Assembly: GCA_021371915.1 (NCBI GenBank)
Contig: JAJFVG010000144.1
Span: forward strand, 28,328-92,327
Length of the DNA: 64,000 nucleotides
DNA from: Nitrospiraceae bacterium
Lineage (GTDB): Bacteria > Nitrospirota > Thermodesulfovibrionia > Thermodesulfovibrionales > Dissulfurispiraceae
Reading direction: 5' to 3'
Positions 28,589-38,275 of the stretch are shown piece after piece; the stretch's first letter is position 1; every line of letters begins with the position of its first letter. Under the pieces are notes generated by a model. It did no database searches. It saw nothing but the letters and a program-made list of their open reading frames with translations, and had not been told where the DNA came from. The position numbers and the translations under genes are program-made.

Positions 28589-30231
28589 GGCTAGACCATA
28601 ATCATCAGCTTACATTAAAGGAATTTCCATATATAATCCGCTGGAGCGACGACAGGTGCAAAAGGTGCGGCAGATGCACTTCAGTATGCCCTGTAAAAGC
28701 GATCGTGCCAACAGTAAGGGTGCAGAGATCTGTTGTGTCTGAAGGCCCGCTGCCAGGCCCATCCTCCACGCGCAAAGTCGTGCAGGTTGTTGAGCAGGTG
28801 ACAGACATGGAGCGCTACTGCACAGGCTGTGCAATGTGCAGCCTTGTATGCCCCAATGAAGCAATAACTCCGGAATTCAATCCGAACAATAAATTTCTTC
28901 ACTACAAGAACAAGGGCGGAGACGGATACAAGCGTGGCGGCAGAAGAAACGACCCTTCGATATCCACACTCGACAAGCTCAAATTCACCAGGATATCCAT
29001 GCTCACAGACCCAGCACTCGATGCAGCGCGCCATGAGTTCAGGATACGCACACTGCTGGGCAGAATAATGCCGCCTGAAAAACTTCCCATGAAGCTGGTT
29101 GACGGCAGGCTCGTTGTTGACAAGACAGCAGTATTCATACCTCCTGTTCGCGAGATATACCCGATAATGATCGGCAGCATGTCTGTAGGCGCGCTCTCGC
29201 CCCCCATGTGGGAAGGCCTCGCAATGGGAGTCGCTTACCTTAATGAGGTTGAGGGCATGCCGGTTGTAATGTGCTCTGGCGAAGGAGGAATGCCTCCTGC
29301 ATTGCTCAGGTCAAAATACCTCAAATATTTTATCATCCAGATAGCGTCCGGCTACTTCGGTTGGGATGAGATCATACACGCTCTTCCGCACATGGTCGAA
29401 GACCCTGCTGCGATAGAGATCAAATACGGACAGGGAGCAAAACCCGGAGACGGCGGACTGCTCATGGCGCAGAAGGTGCTAAAGCTCATCGCAAAGATTC
29501 GCGGTGTGCCGCAGTTTGTTGACCTGTCATCACCTCCAACGCACCAGACAAAGTATTCGATAGAAGAGGCTGTTGCAAAGATGATCCAGTCCATGTCAAT
29601 GGCATGGGGATTCAGGGTGCCAGTGTATCCGAAGATATCCGGCACAAAGACAGCCCGCGCTGTGCTGAACAATCTTGCGAGGAATCCGTACGCAGCAGCG
29701 CTCTCGATAGATGGAGAGGATGGCGGCACAGGCGCTGCTTACAATGTCTCAATGGACAAGATGGGACACCCTATCGCATCCAACCTGCGCGAGTGTTATC
29801 TCGACCTGGTCAAGCAGGGTAAACAGAATGAACTGCCTCTGATCGCAGCGGGCGGTGTAGGCAAAAAAGGAAACCTCGCTGCAAATGCAGCAGCGCTCAT
29901 TATGCTGGGCGCATCAGCCGTATCGATAGGCAAATACATAATGCAGGCAGCAGCAGACTGCCTCGGTGATGAGAACAACCGCTGCAACATATGCAACACA
30001 GGCAAATGTCCGCGCGGCATAACAACGCAGGACCCCAAGCTCTACAGGAGACTCGACTCGGACAAGGTTGCCGAGAGAGTCGTGGATGTATTCAAGGCAG
30101 CTGATGTTGAACTCAAAAAGATATTCGCTCCTATGGGCAGAAGCACAGAACTGCCGATCGGTATGTCAGACGGATTGAGTGTAGATGACAAGTCAATTTC
30201 TGAAAGGCTGGGTATAAGCTATGTGTGCTAA
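28567..30231 (+). CDS. glutamate synthase FMN-binding domain subunit with an N-terminal 2x[4Fe-4S] ferredoxin module
   Basis: CKRCGRCTSVCP and CTGCAMCSLVCP, followed by the GltS FMN domain (IEIKYGQGAKPGDGG, IDGEDGGTGAA, IAAGGVGKKGN). Confidence 0.9.
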   Translation: MEPASGIRLDHNHQLTLKEFPYIIRWSDDRCKRCGRCTSVCPVKAIVPTVRVQRSVVSEGPLPGPSSTRKVVQVVEQVTDMERYCTGCAMCSLVCPNEAITPEFNPNNKFLHYKNKGGDGYKRGGRRNDPSISTLDKLKFTRISMLTDPALDAARHEFRIRTLLGRIMPPEKLPMKLVDGRLVVDKTAVFIPPVREIYPIMIGSMSVGALSPPMWEGLAMGVAYLNEVEGMPVVMCSGEGGMPPALLRSKYLKYFIIQIASGYFGWDEIIHALPHMVEDPAAIEIKYGQGAKPGDGGLLMAQKVLKLIAKIRGVPQFVDLSSPPTHQTKYSIEEAVAKMIQSMSMAWGFRVPVYPKISGTKTARAVLNNLARNPYAAALSIDGEDGGTGAAYNVSMDKMGHPIASNLRECYLDLVKQGKQNELPLIAAGGVGKKGNLAANAAALIMLGASAVSIGKYIMQAAADCLGDENNRCNICNTGKCPRGITTQDPKLYRRLDSDKVAERVVDVFKAADVELKKIFAPMGRSTELPIGMSDGLSVDDKSISERLGISYVC

Positions 30232-32599
30232 AAGACCGGAAAACAGAAGTAATAACACAGATAACAGTATGGAACAGGTACTGACCATACTTGGCACTGT
30301 GAACAATGAGCGCGTGCCTTCGCGCGTGCTCGAAGAGCAGATACAGCAGGCAGTATCAGAAGGCGCAAGAAAGCTGAAGATAGTTGCTGACGGACAGCAC
30401 GGCATAGGCGGCAGGATATGGCCAAAAGGCGAGACCATCTCTATTGAGGTCGAAGGCGCAGCAGGCCAGAGGCTCGGCAGCATGGGAATGCCAGGCACAG
30501 AGATCGTTGTAAACGGCAACGCATCTGATGATGTTGGCTGGCTCAACTGCGGAGCGAATATCACTGTGCTTGGAGACGTGACAAACGGCGCTTTTAATGC
30601 AGCAGCGCAGGGCATCCTTTATGTGCAGGGAAGCGGAGGCGCGCGCTGCGACACAATGACAAAACAGAATCCGCGCTTTGATCCTCCACAGTCATGGTAT
30701 CTGCGTGATGTTGGCGACTCATTTGCTGAGTTCAAGGCCGGAGGCATAGCGGTTGTATGCGGAGTCAATCCACGCAATCCTGAAAACATACTCGGTTACA
30801 GGCCGTGCGTAGGCATGGTTGGCGGCACTATATATTTCAGGGGCCCGATACAGAATTACAGCCAGAGAGATGTTCAACTGCTCGACATAAGTGAGCAGGA
30901 CTGGGAATGGCTCAAGAACGGACTCGAAAAGTTCCTTACCGCTGTAAACAAAAAAGAACATTATACTGAACTTATAAAATCAGCATCAGACTGGAAAAAG
31001 CTGGTTGCATACACGCCAAAAGAAAAAGCAGCCAGAAGAAAGACGCATATGCCGCTTTCTGAATTCAGAAAGACAGTATGGGAAAAAGAGGTTGGCAATG
31101 GCGGCATATTCGCGGAATACCTTGATCATGATCTCACCCTGCTGCCGTATGTAACAACAGGCACGGACAGAAGAAATGCCCCTGTATGGGCAAATGAAAA
31201 GTTCGCGCCTCCGTGCGCGTACGCCTGCCCCACCCTGATACCTTCTCACAAGAGGGCATCGCTCATAAGACAGGGCAGGCTCACAGAAGCGCTGGAGCTT
31301 GTTCTTCAGTACAGCCCTCTGCCTGCAACAGTGTGCGGAGAGATATGCCCGAATCTCTGCATGCAGAGCTGCACAAGAAGACACATCGACACACCGCTCG
31401 CCATTGACAGACTCGGCAGCCTCGCGCTCGAATTGCCTGCTCCAAAAAAAGCTCCGGCAACTAACCACAGGGTTGCTGTTATCGGTGGCGGACCAGCAGG
31501 CATGTCAGCAGCATGGCAGCTCGCGCTCAAGGGACACATTGTTGATCTCTATGAAGAGACGGACAGGCTTGGCGGCAAGATTGAGCTCTGCATACCAAGG
31601 GAGCGGCTGCCGCATGAGATACTCGAAAAGGAAGTATCCAGGTTCAGCGAACTCGGCGTGAATCTGCATCTGAACACAAAAGTGGATAAGCAGAAGTTCG
31701 AAGACATATACAAAAACCACGAGGTTGTTATCGTGGCTTGCGGAGCGCACAAGCCACGGAATATACCATTTGCAGGATCAGAACATACAATATCAGCATA
31801 TGATTTTTTAAGATCAGTAAATGCAGGCAAACATCCTGACCTGAAGGGCAAAAAGGTGGTTGTTATCGGAGCAGGAAATGTGGGCATGGATGTATGCTCA
31901 GAGGCCTATAACTACGGAGCTGAATCAGTAACAGCAATAGACATACAGAAGCCTGCTGCATTCGGCGCTGAAATGGAGATCGCAAAGGCCAAGGGCACGC
32001 AGGTCGTATGGCCTAAATTTACTGACCATTACGACTCTGAAAAAAGAAAGCTCGTTTTTAAAGACAATACTGAAATGGATGCTGATGCTGTGATAATGTC
32101 GATCGGCGACACACCGCAGCTCGACTTCCTGCTACCGTCAGTCCATACGGAAAGGGGCTGGATAAAAGTTGATCCGAACACATTCCAGACATCAGACGTC
32201 AAGGTCTATGCAGTGGGTGATGCCACAAGCCTCGGCCTTATAACTCATGCGATCGGACAGGCTAGACTCGCTGCTGAAGAGGTGCACTATCTTATGAGCC
32301 ATGCACCGAGGCAGCCCGAGACAAAAATGCAGATACCGTACGAACGGATCAAGTCTGAATACTACGAGATATGCAAGCAGGACTTCTCGCCCGAGGTAGA
32401 GGGCAACAAATGCATGTCATGCGGCACATGCCGTGACTGCCACATGTGCGAAGCGACCTGCTACTGGGGCGCGATCAGCAGAATCGAGCACAAGGACGGG
32501 TCATATGAATATGTAGTTGATGACGACAAATGCATTGGCTGCGGCTTCTGCGCAGGCATATGTCCATGCGGCGTATGGGAGATGCAAGAGAATATTTAA
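30221..32599 (+). CDS. fusion of GltB C-terminal GXGXG domain with a GltD-like NAD(P)H oxidoreductase and a C-terminal 2x[4Fe-4S] ferredoxin
   Basis: The GXGXG beta-helix region ([38 protein letters not shown]) comes first. Then the GltD Fe-S region (CPTLIPSH...[13 protein letters not shown]) and FAD/NAD folds ([26 protein letters not shown]). The end has [10 protein letters not shown] and [12 protein letters not shown]. The start could also be MEQV at 30269. Confidence 0.85.
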   Translation: MCAKRPENRSNNTDNSMEQVLTILGTVNNERVPSRVLEEQIQQAVSEGARKLKIVADGQHGIGGRIWPKGETISIEVEGAAGQRLGSMGMPGTEIVVNGNASDDVGWLNCGANITVLGDVTNGAFNAAAQGILYVQGSGGARCDTMTKQNPRFDPPQSWYLRDVGDSFAEFKAGGIAVVCGVNPRNPENILGYRPCVGMVGGTIYFRGPIQNYSQRDVQLLDISEQDWEWLKNGLEKFLTAVNKKEHYTELIKSASDWKKLVAYTPKEKAARRKTHMPLSEFRKTVWEKEVGNGGIFAEYLDHDLTLLPYVTTGTDRRNAPVWANEKFAPPCAYACPTLIPSHKRASLIRQGRLTEALELVLQYSPLPATVCGEICPNLCMQSCTRRHIDTPLAIDRLGSLALELPAPKKAPATNHRVAVIGGGPAGMSAAWQLALKGHIVDLYEETDRLGGKIELCIPRERLPHEILEKEVSRFSELGVNLHLNTKVDKQKFEDIYKNHEVVIVACGAHKPRNIPFAGSEHTISAYDFLRSVNAGKHPDLKGKKVVVIGAGNVGMDVCSEAYNYGAESVTAIDIQKPAAFGAEMEIAKAKGTQVVWPKFTDHYDSEKRKLVFKDNTEMDADAVIMSIGDTPQLDFLLPSVHTERGWIKVDPNTFQTSDVKVYAVGDATSLGLITHAIGQARLAAEEVHYLMSHAPRQPETKMQIPYERIKSEYYEICKQDFSPEVEGNKCMSCGTCRDCHMCEATCYWGAISRIEHKDGSYEYVVDDDKCIGCGFCAGICPCGVWEMQENI

Positions 32600-32620
32600 A
32601 ACAAATCAAAATTTGATATC

Positions 32621-32654
32621 AAAGGGGAGGAGGGCGTATGCCCTCCTCCCCTTT
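32621..32654 (+). terminator. rho-independent-type hairpin after the glutamate synthase operon
   Basis: AAAGGGGAGGAGGGC-GTAT-GCCCTCCTCCCCTTT, a 15-bp perfect stem with a weak T tail (TTTGTG). Confidence 0.65.
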
Positions 32655-32680
32655 GTGAGATTATGCTATTATATACACTT

Positions 32681-32757
<77 letters not shown>

Positions 32758-32796
32758 TTAAAATAGAAAACACCAAATCAAGCGGCAGGAGTCCTT

Positions 32797-33333
32797 ATGC
32801 TCAAAAAGATTGAAAACGCTATCGAGTTTATTTTGTGGGAAACCAGACTGGTAATATTCTTTGCAGTTATCGCTAGTATCTTTTCATCAATAATGCTCGT
32901 TGCCATAGGCTGCTATGATGTTTATCTGGTTGCTGAAGAGGCCTTTCACGCATTCCAGAGCAAAGAAGCATATGAACTGTTTCACAAGGAATCCATCACC
33001 CACATCATAAGCGCCATAGACTCTTACCTTATCGCAACAGTGCTGCTCATCTTCGGCATCGGGCTTTACGAGCTTTTCATCAGCAAGATCGAGCGGGCTG
33101 AAAGAGACACCAGGTCATCAAAGATACTTGTCATCCACACACTCGACCAGCTGAAAGAGAAACTGGCCAAGGTTATAATCATGGTGCTGATCGTCACCTT
33201 TTTCAAATACGCGGTCAACTTCAAATACGACTCCGCACTCACACTGCTGTATCTTGGCATAGGCATACTGCTTGTAACACTCTCGGTATACTTCATGGGC
33301 AAGGGACACGACTCCAAAGAAAAGGATCACTGA
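32797..33333 (+). CDS. yqhA: YqhA (UPF0114) family membrane protein
   Basis: KKIENAIEFILWETRLVIFFAVIASIF and ~3-4 TM helices are typical of the UPF0114 family. AGGAG RBS. Confidence 0.75.
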   Translation: MLKKIENAIEFILWETRLVIFFAVIASIFSSIMLVAIGCYDVYLVAEEAFHAFQSKEAYELFHKESITHIISAIDSYLIATVLLIFGIGLYELFISKIERAERDTRSSKILVIHTLDQLKEKLAKVIIMVLIVTFFKYAVNFKYDSALTLLYLGIGILLVTLSVYFMGKGHDSKEKDH

Positions 33334-33396
33334 CAAGCTTTCAAAGGCATGATCATTTTTATTCATTTGTGCTAAAATATTTGACGTTTTTTCATA

Positions 33397-33473
33397 GCCC
33401 CCTTAGCTCAGTCGGATAGAGCACAGGTTTCCTAAACCTGGGGCCAGAGGTTCGAATCCTCTAGGGGGCACCA
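33397..33473 (+). tRNA. tRNA-Arg (anticodon CCT)
   Basis: Acceptor GCCCCCT/AGGGGGC, D arm GCTC/GAGC, anticodon stem CAGGT/ACCTG with loop TTCCTAA, T arm AGAGG/CCTCT with TTCGAAT. Discriminator A and an encoded CCA. Confidence 0.9.
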
Positions 33474-33606
33474 TTTACCTCATTGCTTTCAATCTTTCAA
33501 TAACAAACAACCACACAATGCAGTCCATTCCTTCTCGCTCGATTTGACAAGCCATTATTGATCCGATATGCTGAGTTATAAACTACCCGCCTTAGAGGAG
33601 GTTGCC

Positions 33607-34527
33607 ATGAAAACCTTTCTTAGCTTGATGATTCTCATATTTTTAACCTTTAGCCCATGTCTTGTTTCAGCAGACATGTGCAGCGGCAGGGGTGTTGAGC
33701 TTCAGGTACTGGGCTCCGGCGGGCCTGAAGTGCAGGACAAACGTGCTTCAACAAGCTACCTGATCTGGATTGACGGCAAGGCACGCGTCTTAATTGACAG
33801 CGGTGGTGGAAGCGAGCTGAGGTTTGGCGAAGCAGGCGCGTGGATGAAGGATCTTTATCTGGTATTATTCACGCATATACATGTTGACCACACAGCCGGA
33901 TTTGCGGCTTTGGTTAAATCTTCTTTTTTTGAAAACCGTACTGAACCATTGCCTGTGCTTGGACCAACAGGAAATAAAATATTCCCGCCTACAACCGGCT
34001 TTATCCTGGGGCTTTTCAGCAAGGAGAAGGGCATTTACAGATACCTTAGCGAATACCTTACCGGAGGAAAATATTCATACGCGATCAAGCCGCGCAATAT
34101 AGACATAGGCAATAGGAGTATTACAGAAGTGTTCTCCGGCAACGGGATCAAAGTATTTGCACTGCCAGTAATTCATGGCGTTGTACCCAACATTGCATAC
34201 AAAGTGATGGCAGGAGGCTATACGATCGCCTTCACATCCGACACAAACGGCGAAAACAGACATCTTCCAACCCTGGCACAAAACTCGGATATACTCGTAG
34301 CGCATAACGCGGTGCCTGAAGATGCGGAAGGAGATGAAAGAAGTCTGCATATGCCTCCCTCGGTTATCGGCAAAATAGCGGAAGCCTCAAAGACAAAAAA
34401 ACTTATATTGTCGCACAGAATGCTTCGCACGCTCGGTAAGGAAGAGCAGACCATGAAATTCATCTCTGACTTCTACAAGGGCGACAAGGTATTTGCGAAT
34501 GATCTGGATTGCTACAGCCTGAAATAG
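33607..34527 (+). CDS. secreted MBL-fold metallo-hydrolase
   Basis: Signal peptide MKTFLSLMILIFLTFSPCLVSA and the HxHxDH motif THIHVDHTAG. GGAGG lies 6 nt before the ATG at 33607. Confidence 0.8.
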   Translation: MKTFLSLMILIFLTFSPCLVSADMCSGRGVELQVLGSGGPEVQDKRASTSYLIWIDGKARVLIDSGGGSELRFGEAGAWMKDLYLVLFTHIHVDHTAGFAALVKSSFFENRTEPLPVLGPTGNKIFPPTTGFILGLFSKEKGIYRYLSEYLTGGKYSYAIKPRNIDIGNRSITEVFSGNGIKVFALPVIHGVVPNIAYKVMAGGYTIAFTSDTNGENRHLPTLAQNSDILVAHNAVPEDAEGDERSLHMPPSVIGKIAEASKTKKLILSHRMLRTLGKEEQTMKFISDFYKGDKVFANDLDCYSLK

Positions 34528-34568
34528 GGTTCTTTATTCTTACAAAACATACTGACCGGGAGGTTTAT

Positions 34569-34922
34569 ATGGAAACACCAAGGACAGAGATTGAAGAACT
34601 CAAAAGAATGCTGGGAAAAAACGAAAAGGTCCTTGTAGTGGATGTGCGCCAGCCTGCTTCTTATGCTGAGAGCGATAAAATGATAGCCGGAGCCATCTAC
34701 ATCGATCCTGGCAACGATGAAGCTCTCAACGAATTTGCAAAGCAGCACAATACTGATGAACGCATAGTCTTTTACTGATCCTGACGCGACGAGCACACAA
34801 GCGCCCGTGCGGCTGCTAAACTTATCGAAAAAGGCTTCACAAATGTCTCTGCGCTAAAGGGTGGATGGGGAGCATGGCGCATAGCAGGATATCCGACAAA
34901 GAGCAAGCAGCAGAACAATTAA
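34569..34922 (+). CDS. single-domain rhodanese sulfurtransferase with two in-frame TGA codons (candidate Sec-x-Sec selenoprotein)
   Basis: GGGAGG RBS. One continuous frame reads ...VLVVDVRQPASY...DERIVFY-TGA-S-TGA-RDEHTSARAAAKLIEKGFTNVSALKGGWGAWRIAGYP...TAA. The segment after the TGAs stays in the same frame and completes the rhodanese fold. The TGAs are at 34776-34778 and 34782-34784. Confidence 0.65.
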
Positions 34923-34949
34923 TGCCCGTGGTTGATTCTGTACGGCAGT

Positions 34950-37814
34950 TCAGCTGTCTAGGGTACTGCGCACTGCACGCAACAGTTCATCAGGCTTTAC
35001 AGGCTTGGGTATGAACACAGCAGACTTGTCAGGCATACCGTCATGAGTGAAAATGTCTTCTGCATAACCGCTGATGAATACTGCTTTTATGTCAGGACGG
35101 AGTTTCCGTATCTCCTCAAATGCTTCCTTGCCGTTCTTTTTTGGCATTATGCCGTCCAGTATGACCAGATTTATCTCGTCCTTCTTTTTTTCAAATTTCC
35201 TCACTGCATCCTCGCCATCAACAGCAGATATGACCCTGTAACCGTACTGCTCTAAAATTGTGTTTGTCAATGCCCTTATCGCCAGATCATCCTCTGCAAC
35301 CAGTATGGTTTCCGTGCCGCCTGAAACCTTTTCGCTGGGCGCTGATCCGCTTTCAGCAGGTTTCTGCTCTGTAATGGGCAGATAGATCCTGAATACCGTG
35401 CCTTTGCCGAGTTCGCTATACACATTTATATACCCGTTATGCTGCTTGACAATGCCGTGCACTACAGCAAGGCCAAGTCCTGTTCCCTTGCCCACCTCTT
35501 TTGTGGTAAAGAACGGGTCAAATATCTTTAACCTGACATCCTCAGTCATGCCGCATCCTGTGTCTGCCACAGAAAGCAGCGCGTATGTGCCTGGGTTATC
35601 AAATCCGTGCATGTCAACATATCTCTCATCCATCTCGAACAGTTCGGTAGAAACAAGCAGGGTTCCGCCGTCCGGCATTGCGTCACTCGCATTTGCCGCA
35701 AGGTTCATAAGCACCTGCATTATCTGCCCCGGATCTGCCATTATCATAATACTGGCATTATGCAGATTGTACTGTATTGTTATATCCTCCCGGACAAGTC
35801 TGCTGAGCATGTGTTCAAAATCCCTGACCACTTCATTCATGTCAACGGATTTTATATCGAGCAGCTGTTTGCGGCTGAGCGCGAGTATCTGGCGAGTGAG
35901 CGATGCGCCGCGCATGACAGCTGCGATTATCTGATCAACATAATGCCGCATCGGATCAGACTCCGGCATGTGCATCTGAATCAGGCTCGCATATCCAAGC
36001 ACAGCATTGAGCAGATTGTTGAAGTCGTGAGCAATGCCTCCTGCAAGCTGGCCTATGCCCTCCATCTTCTGTGCATGGCGAAGCTGATCCTCAAGCTTTA
36101 GGTGTTCTGTAACATCCCTCGCCACCTCAATCACACTGACAACATTGCGCTCCTCATCAAACAGGGGAACAGTGCGCAGATTCCATATTCTTCCATCAGG
36201 AGTGGCGCTCTGAACTTCAGTGGGTCTTGCTGTAGAAAAACTGTGGAGCACAGGACACTTACTGCAGGGAGAATCTGTATTGTGCCAAATAGCATAACAG
36301 TACCGGCCGATCAGGTCTTCAGATTTTTTATTCAAGCCATCTGCTGCTGCCCTGTTTGCCCAAAGCACTTTGAGGTTTCTATCCTTGAGAGTTATATGGT
36401 CCGGTATTGCATCGAGGAGGCCCTGAAACTCATTCGAGAGTCTGCGAAGTTCAGCCTCGCTCTGCATAAGTCTTTCTTCAGCATGCTTGCGTTCGGTAAT
36501 GTCATGAATTATGGAGTGAAGAATATCCTTGCCCTTAACGACAATTCTGCTGCTGAAGACCTCAACATCCCTTATCGAGCCGTCAGCCAGCCTGTGCTTG
36601 AACTCAAAGTGGATGCGCTCCTTATTCCTGGCCTTTATTATCTCTCTGTCGATCTCATCAGGGGGCAGCGTGTTTATCTCTTTTATATTCATACGCCTGA
36701 GCTGTTCCCTGGACCAACCATAAAAATTGGCAGCAGCATTGTTGGCATCAAGTATGTTGCCGGTTTCAGTATCGAGTGTGATCTTGACTGCAGCATGACT
36801 TTCAAAAAGATTTCTGTATAACTCTTCACTTTGCCTAAGCTCTTTCTCGATTTTTTTCCGCTTCTCACTCTCTGTTACTATGACCCAGGCCTTTGCTCCG
36901 AGAGCTGATAACACTATTCCGCAGACAAAGATAATGGCCACAACAACCGCCAGCTTGTTTCTGAAGGATACAAGCCCTGAAAGCACCTCTTCTTCAGAGG
37001 ATACGACAACTATTGACCAGAAGGTATTATAAAGCTTGATCGGCGTATATACCGCATATTTTCTGTCAAGGCTGCGCCTGCCTGACATGCTCAATGAGTA
37101 TGCGGTTGTGCCTTTTTCCCCCTTCAGCATATTGTCAATCATAAGCAGGGCAGATGGAGATGACCTATAGCTCTGTGATGCCGGGATACCAGTAAAACCC
37201 GGCACAGGGCTGTAGAGCTGTGTACCGTCGCGGCTTACCACCCAGGCATATCCTGTTACACCTATTTTTATAACATCGAGATAGCGCTTTGCCAGATTTT
37301 CAAAATTCACTACAGCAGCGAGCGTGCCTTTGAATTCCTTGCCGCTGAAGACCGGCACATGCAATGCAACAGCATCAAATCCCTGGGCAGTCCTGAATAC
37401 ATCACTTATAACAGGCTTGTGATTTCTGAGTATTTCTCTTATGTGCTTCTGTCCGGAAATATCGGTGCCAACGGAACTGACCACAGGATATGTACAGATA
37501 ATAATGCCTTTTTCATTAACCCGGGTTATTGATCTTATCTGATCCTGATGAGCCTCAAAGAGAAACTTCATATGGTTCTTTCCAAATTCATCAGGTCTGA
37601 TAATCTCATCCATTTTCGCAAAGGATGCAAGGATGCTGGCCCATGTGGAAAAATATTCTTCAATTCCATGAGCAGCCTGCTTGGCATGAATGGACTGCTC
37701 GTCATATAACTTGCTGATAGCGGTTTTCTTGGCTTCGATATAAAACGCATTGAAAAAAAGGACGCACAGGGCAGTGAATATCAGCATGAAAAAAACAAGA
37801 ACTTTTATCTTCAC
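34950..37814 (-). CDS. hybrid sensor histidine kinase (Cache-like periplasmic domain, PAS domains, HisKA, HATPase_c, receiver)
   Basis: Two TM helices flank a large extracytoplasmic domain. There are two PAS/PAC regions, the H-box GGIAHDFNNLL, N/G boxes (NLAANASDAM, DTGCGM, GTGLGL) and a C-terminal receiver (ILVAEDD...VILDGIMP...K). Confidence 0.9.
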   Translation of the reverse strand: MKIKVLVFFMLIFTALCVLFFNAFYIEAKKTAISKLYDEQSIHAKQAAHGIEEYFSTWASILASFAKMDEIIRPDEFGKNHMKFLFEAHQDQIRSITRVNEKGIIICTYPVVSSVGTDISGQKHIREILRNHKPVISDVFRTAQGFDAVALHVPVFSGKEFKGTLAAVVNFENLAKRYLDVIKIGVTGYAWVVSRDGTQLYSPVPGFTGIPASQSYRSSPSALLMIDNMLKGEKGTTAYSLSMSGRRSLDRKYAVYTPIKLYNTFWSIVVVSSEEEVLSGLVSFRNKLAVVVAIIFVCGIVLSALGAKAWVIVTESEKRKKIEKELRQSEELYRNLFESHAAVKITLDTETGNILDANNAAANFYGWSREQLRRMNIKEINTLPPDEIDREIIKARNKERIHFEFKHRLADGSIRDVEVFSSRIVVKGKDILHSIIHDITERKHAEERLMQSEAELRRLSNEFQGLLDAIPDHITLKDRNLKVLWANRAAADGLNKKSEDLIGRYCYAIWHNTDSPCSKCPVLHSFSTARPTEVQSATPDGRIWNLRTVPLFDEERNVVSVIEVARDVTEHLKLEDQLRHAQKMEGIGQLAGGIAHDFNNLLNAVLGYASLIQMHMPESDPMRHYVDQIIAAVMRGASLTRQILALSRKQLLDIKSVDMNEVVRDFEHMLSRLVREDITIQYNLHNASIMIMADPGQIMQVLMNLAANASDAMPDGGTLLVSTELFEMDERYVDMHGFDNPGTYALLSVADTGCGMTEDVRLKIFDPFFTTKEVGKGTGLGLAVVHGIVKQHNGYINVYSELGKGTVFRIYLPITEQKPAESGSAPSEKVSGGTETILVAEDDLAIRALTNTILEQYGYRVISAVDGEDAVRKFEKKKDEINLVILDGIMPKKNGKEAFEEIRKLRPDIKAVFISGYAEDIFTHDGMPDKSAVFIPKPVKPDELLRAVRSTLDS

Positions 37815-37995
37815 TTATAACCCCTCTTCTCCCTGCTCCTTTGAAAAGCCTGTCAATGGAGCTGAAAACAAACAGGTATATGCTGCCACATAATAGCAAC
37901 AAAACAATTACATAGCAAATTTATATTATTAATCGTCAAATGTGATGTGAACTTGAAATACAAGGCAGATAATTAATGAAGCAGATGATAAATAT

Positions 37996-38030
37996 GGCAA
38001 GGGATTCCGCATTATGCGGAATCCCTTGCC
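37996..38030 (-). terminator. hairpin terminator downstream of the rubredoxin gene
   Basis: GGCAAGGGATTCCGCA-TTA-TGCGGAATCCCTTGCC, a 16-bp perfect stem. An A/T-rich tail follows on the minus strand. Confidence 0.6.
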
Positions 38031-38042
38031 TGCAAAGCAGTT

Positions 38043-38222
38043 TCAATCTATTTTTTTGAACAGATGTTTGCCTGCACCACAGACAGGGCATTTCCAGTCA
38101 TCAGGCAAATCTTCAAACTTCGTACCCGGAGCTATCTTTCCTTTTCTGTCTCCTTTAGCAGGATTGTAGATATACCCGCAGTTGACCTGCTGGCACTGCC
38201 ACATCTCGTACTCTTCAGGCAT
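38043..38222 (-). CDS. rubredoxin (first Cys pair spaced C-x4-C)
   Basis: [18 protein letters not shown]...[18 protein letters not shown] lies 6 nt before the ATG at 38222, and the track start at 38237 contains that RBS. Confidence 0.85.
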   Translation of the reverse strand: MPEEYEMWQCQQVNCGYIYNPAKGDRKGKIAPGTKFEDLPDDWKCPVCGAGKHLFKKID

Positions 38223-38275
38223 AAAAACCTCCCACAATGCATCTTGGTATTATTATTGAGGCTTTATTTTTTAGT

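Noticed and set aside
34776-34784. Alternative explanations for the two TGAs in the rhodanese gene: a pseudogene, or a TGA-sense genetic code (code 4 or 25).
   Set aside because: A recoded genome is excluded. Many well-conserved genes here terminate with TGA at the expected C-terminus (truA 6778-6780, PBP1A 17794-17796, glnB 20974-20976, the DUF4126 gene). A pseudogene is not excluded but is less likely. There is no frameshift, the RBS is intact, the downstream half is fully conserved, and both stops fall exactly on the two catalytic Cys positions.
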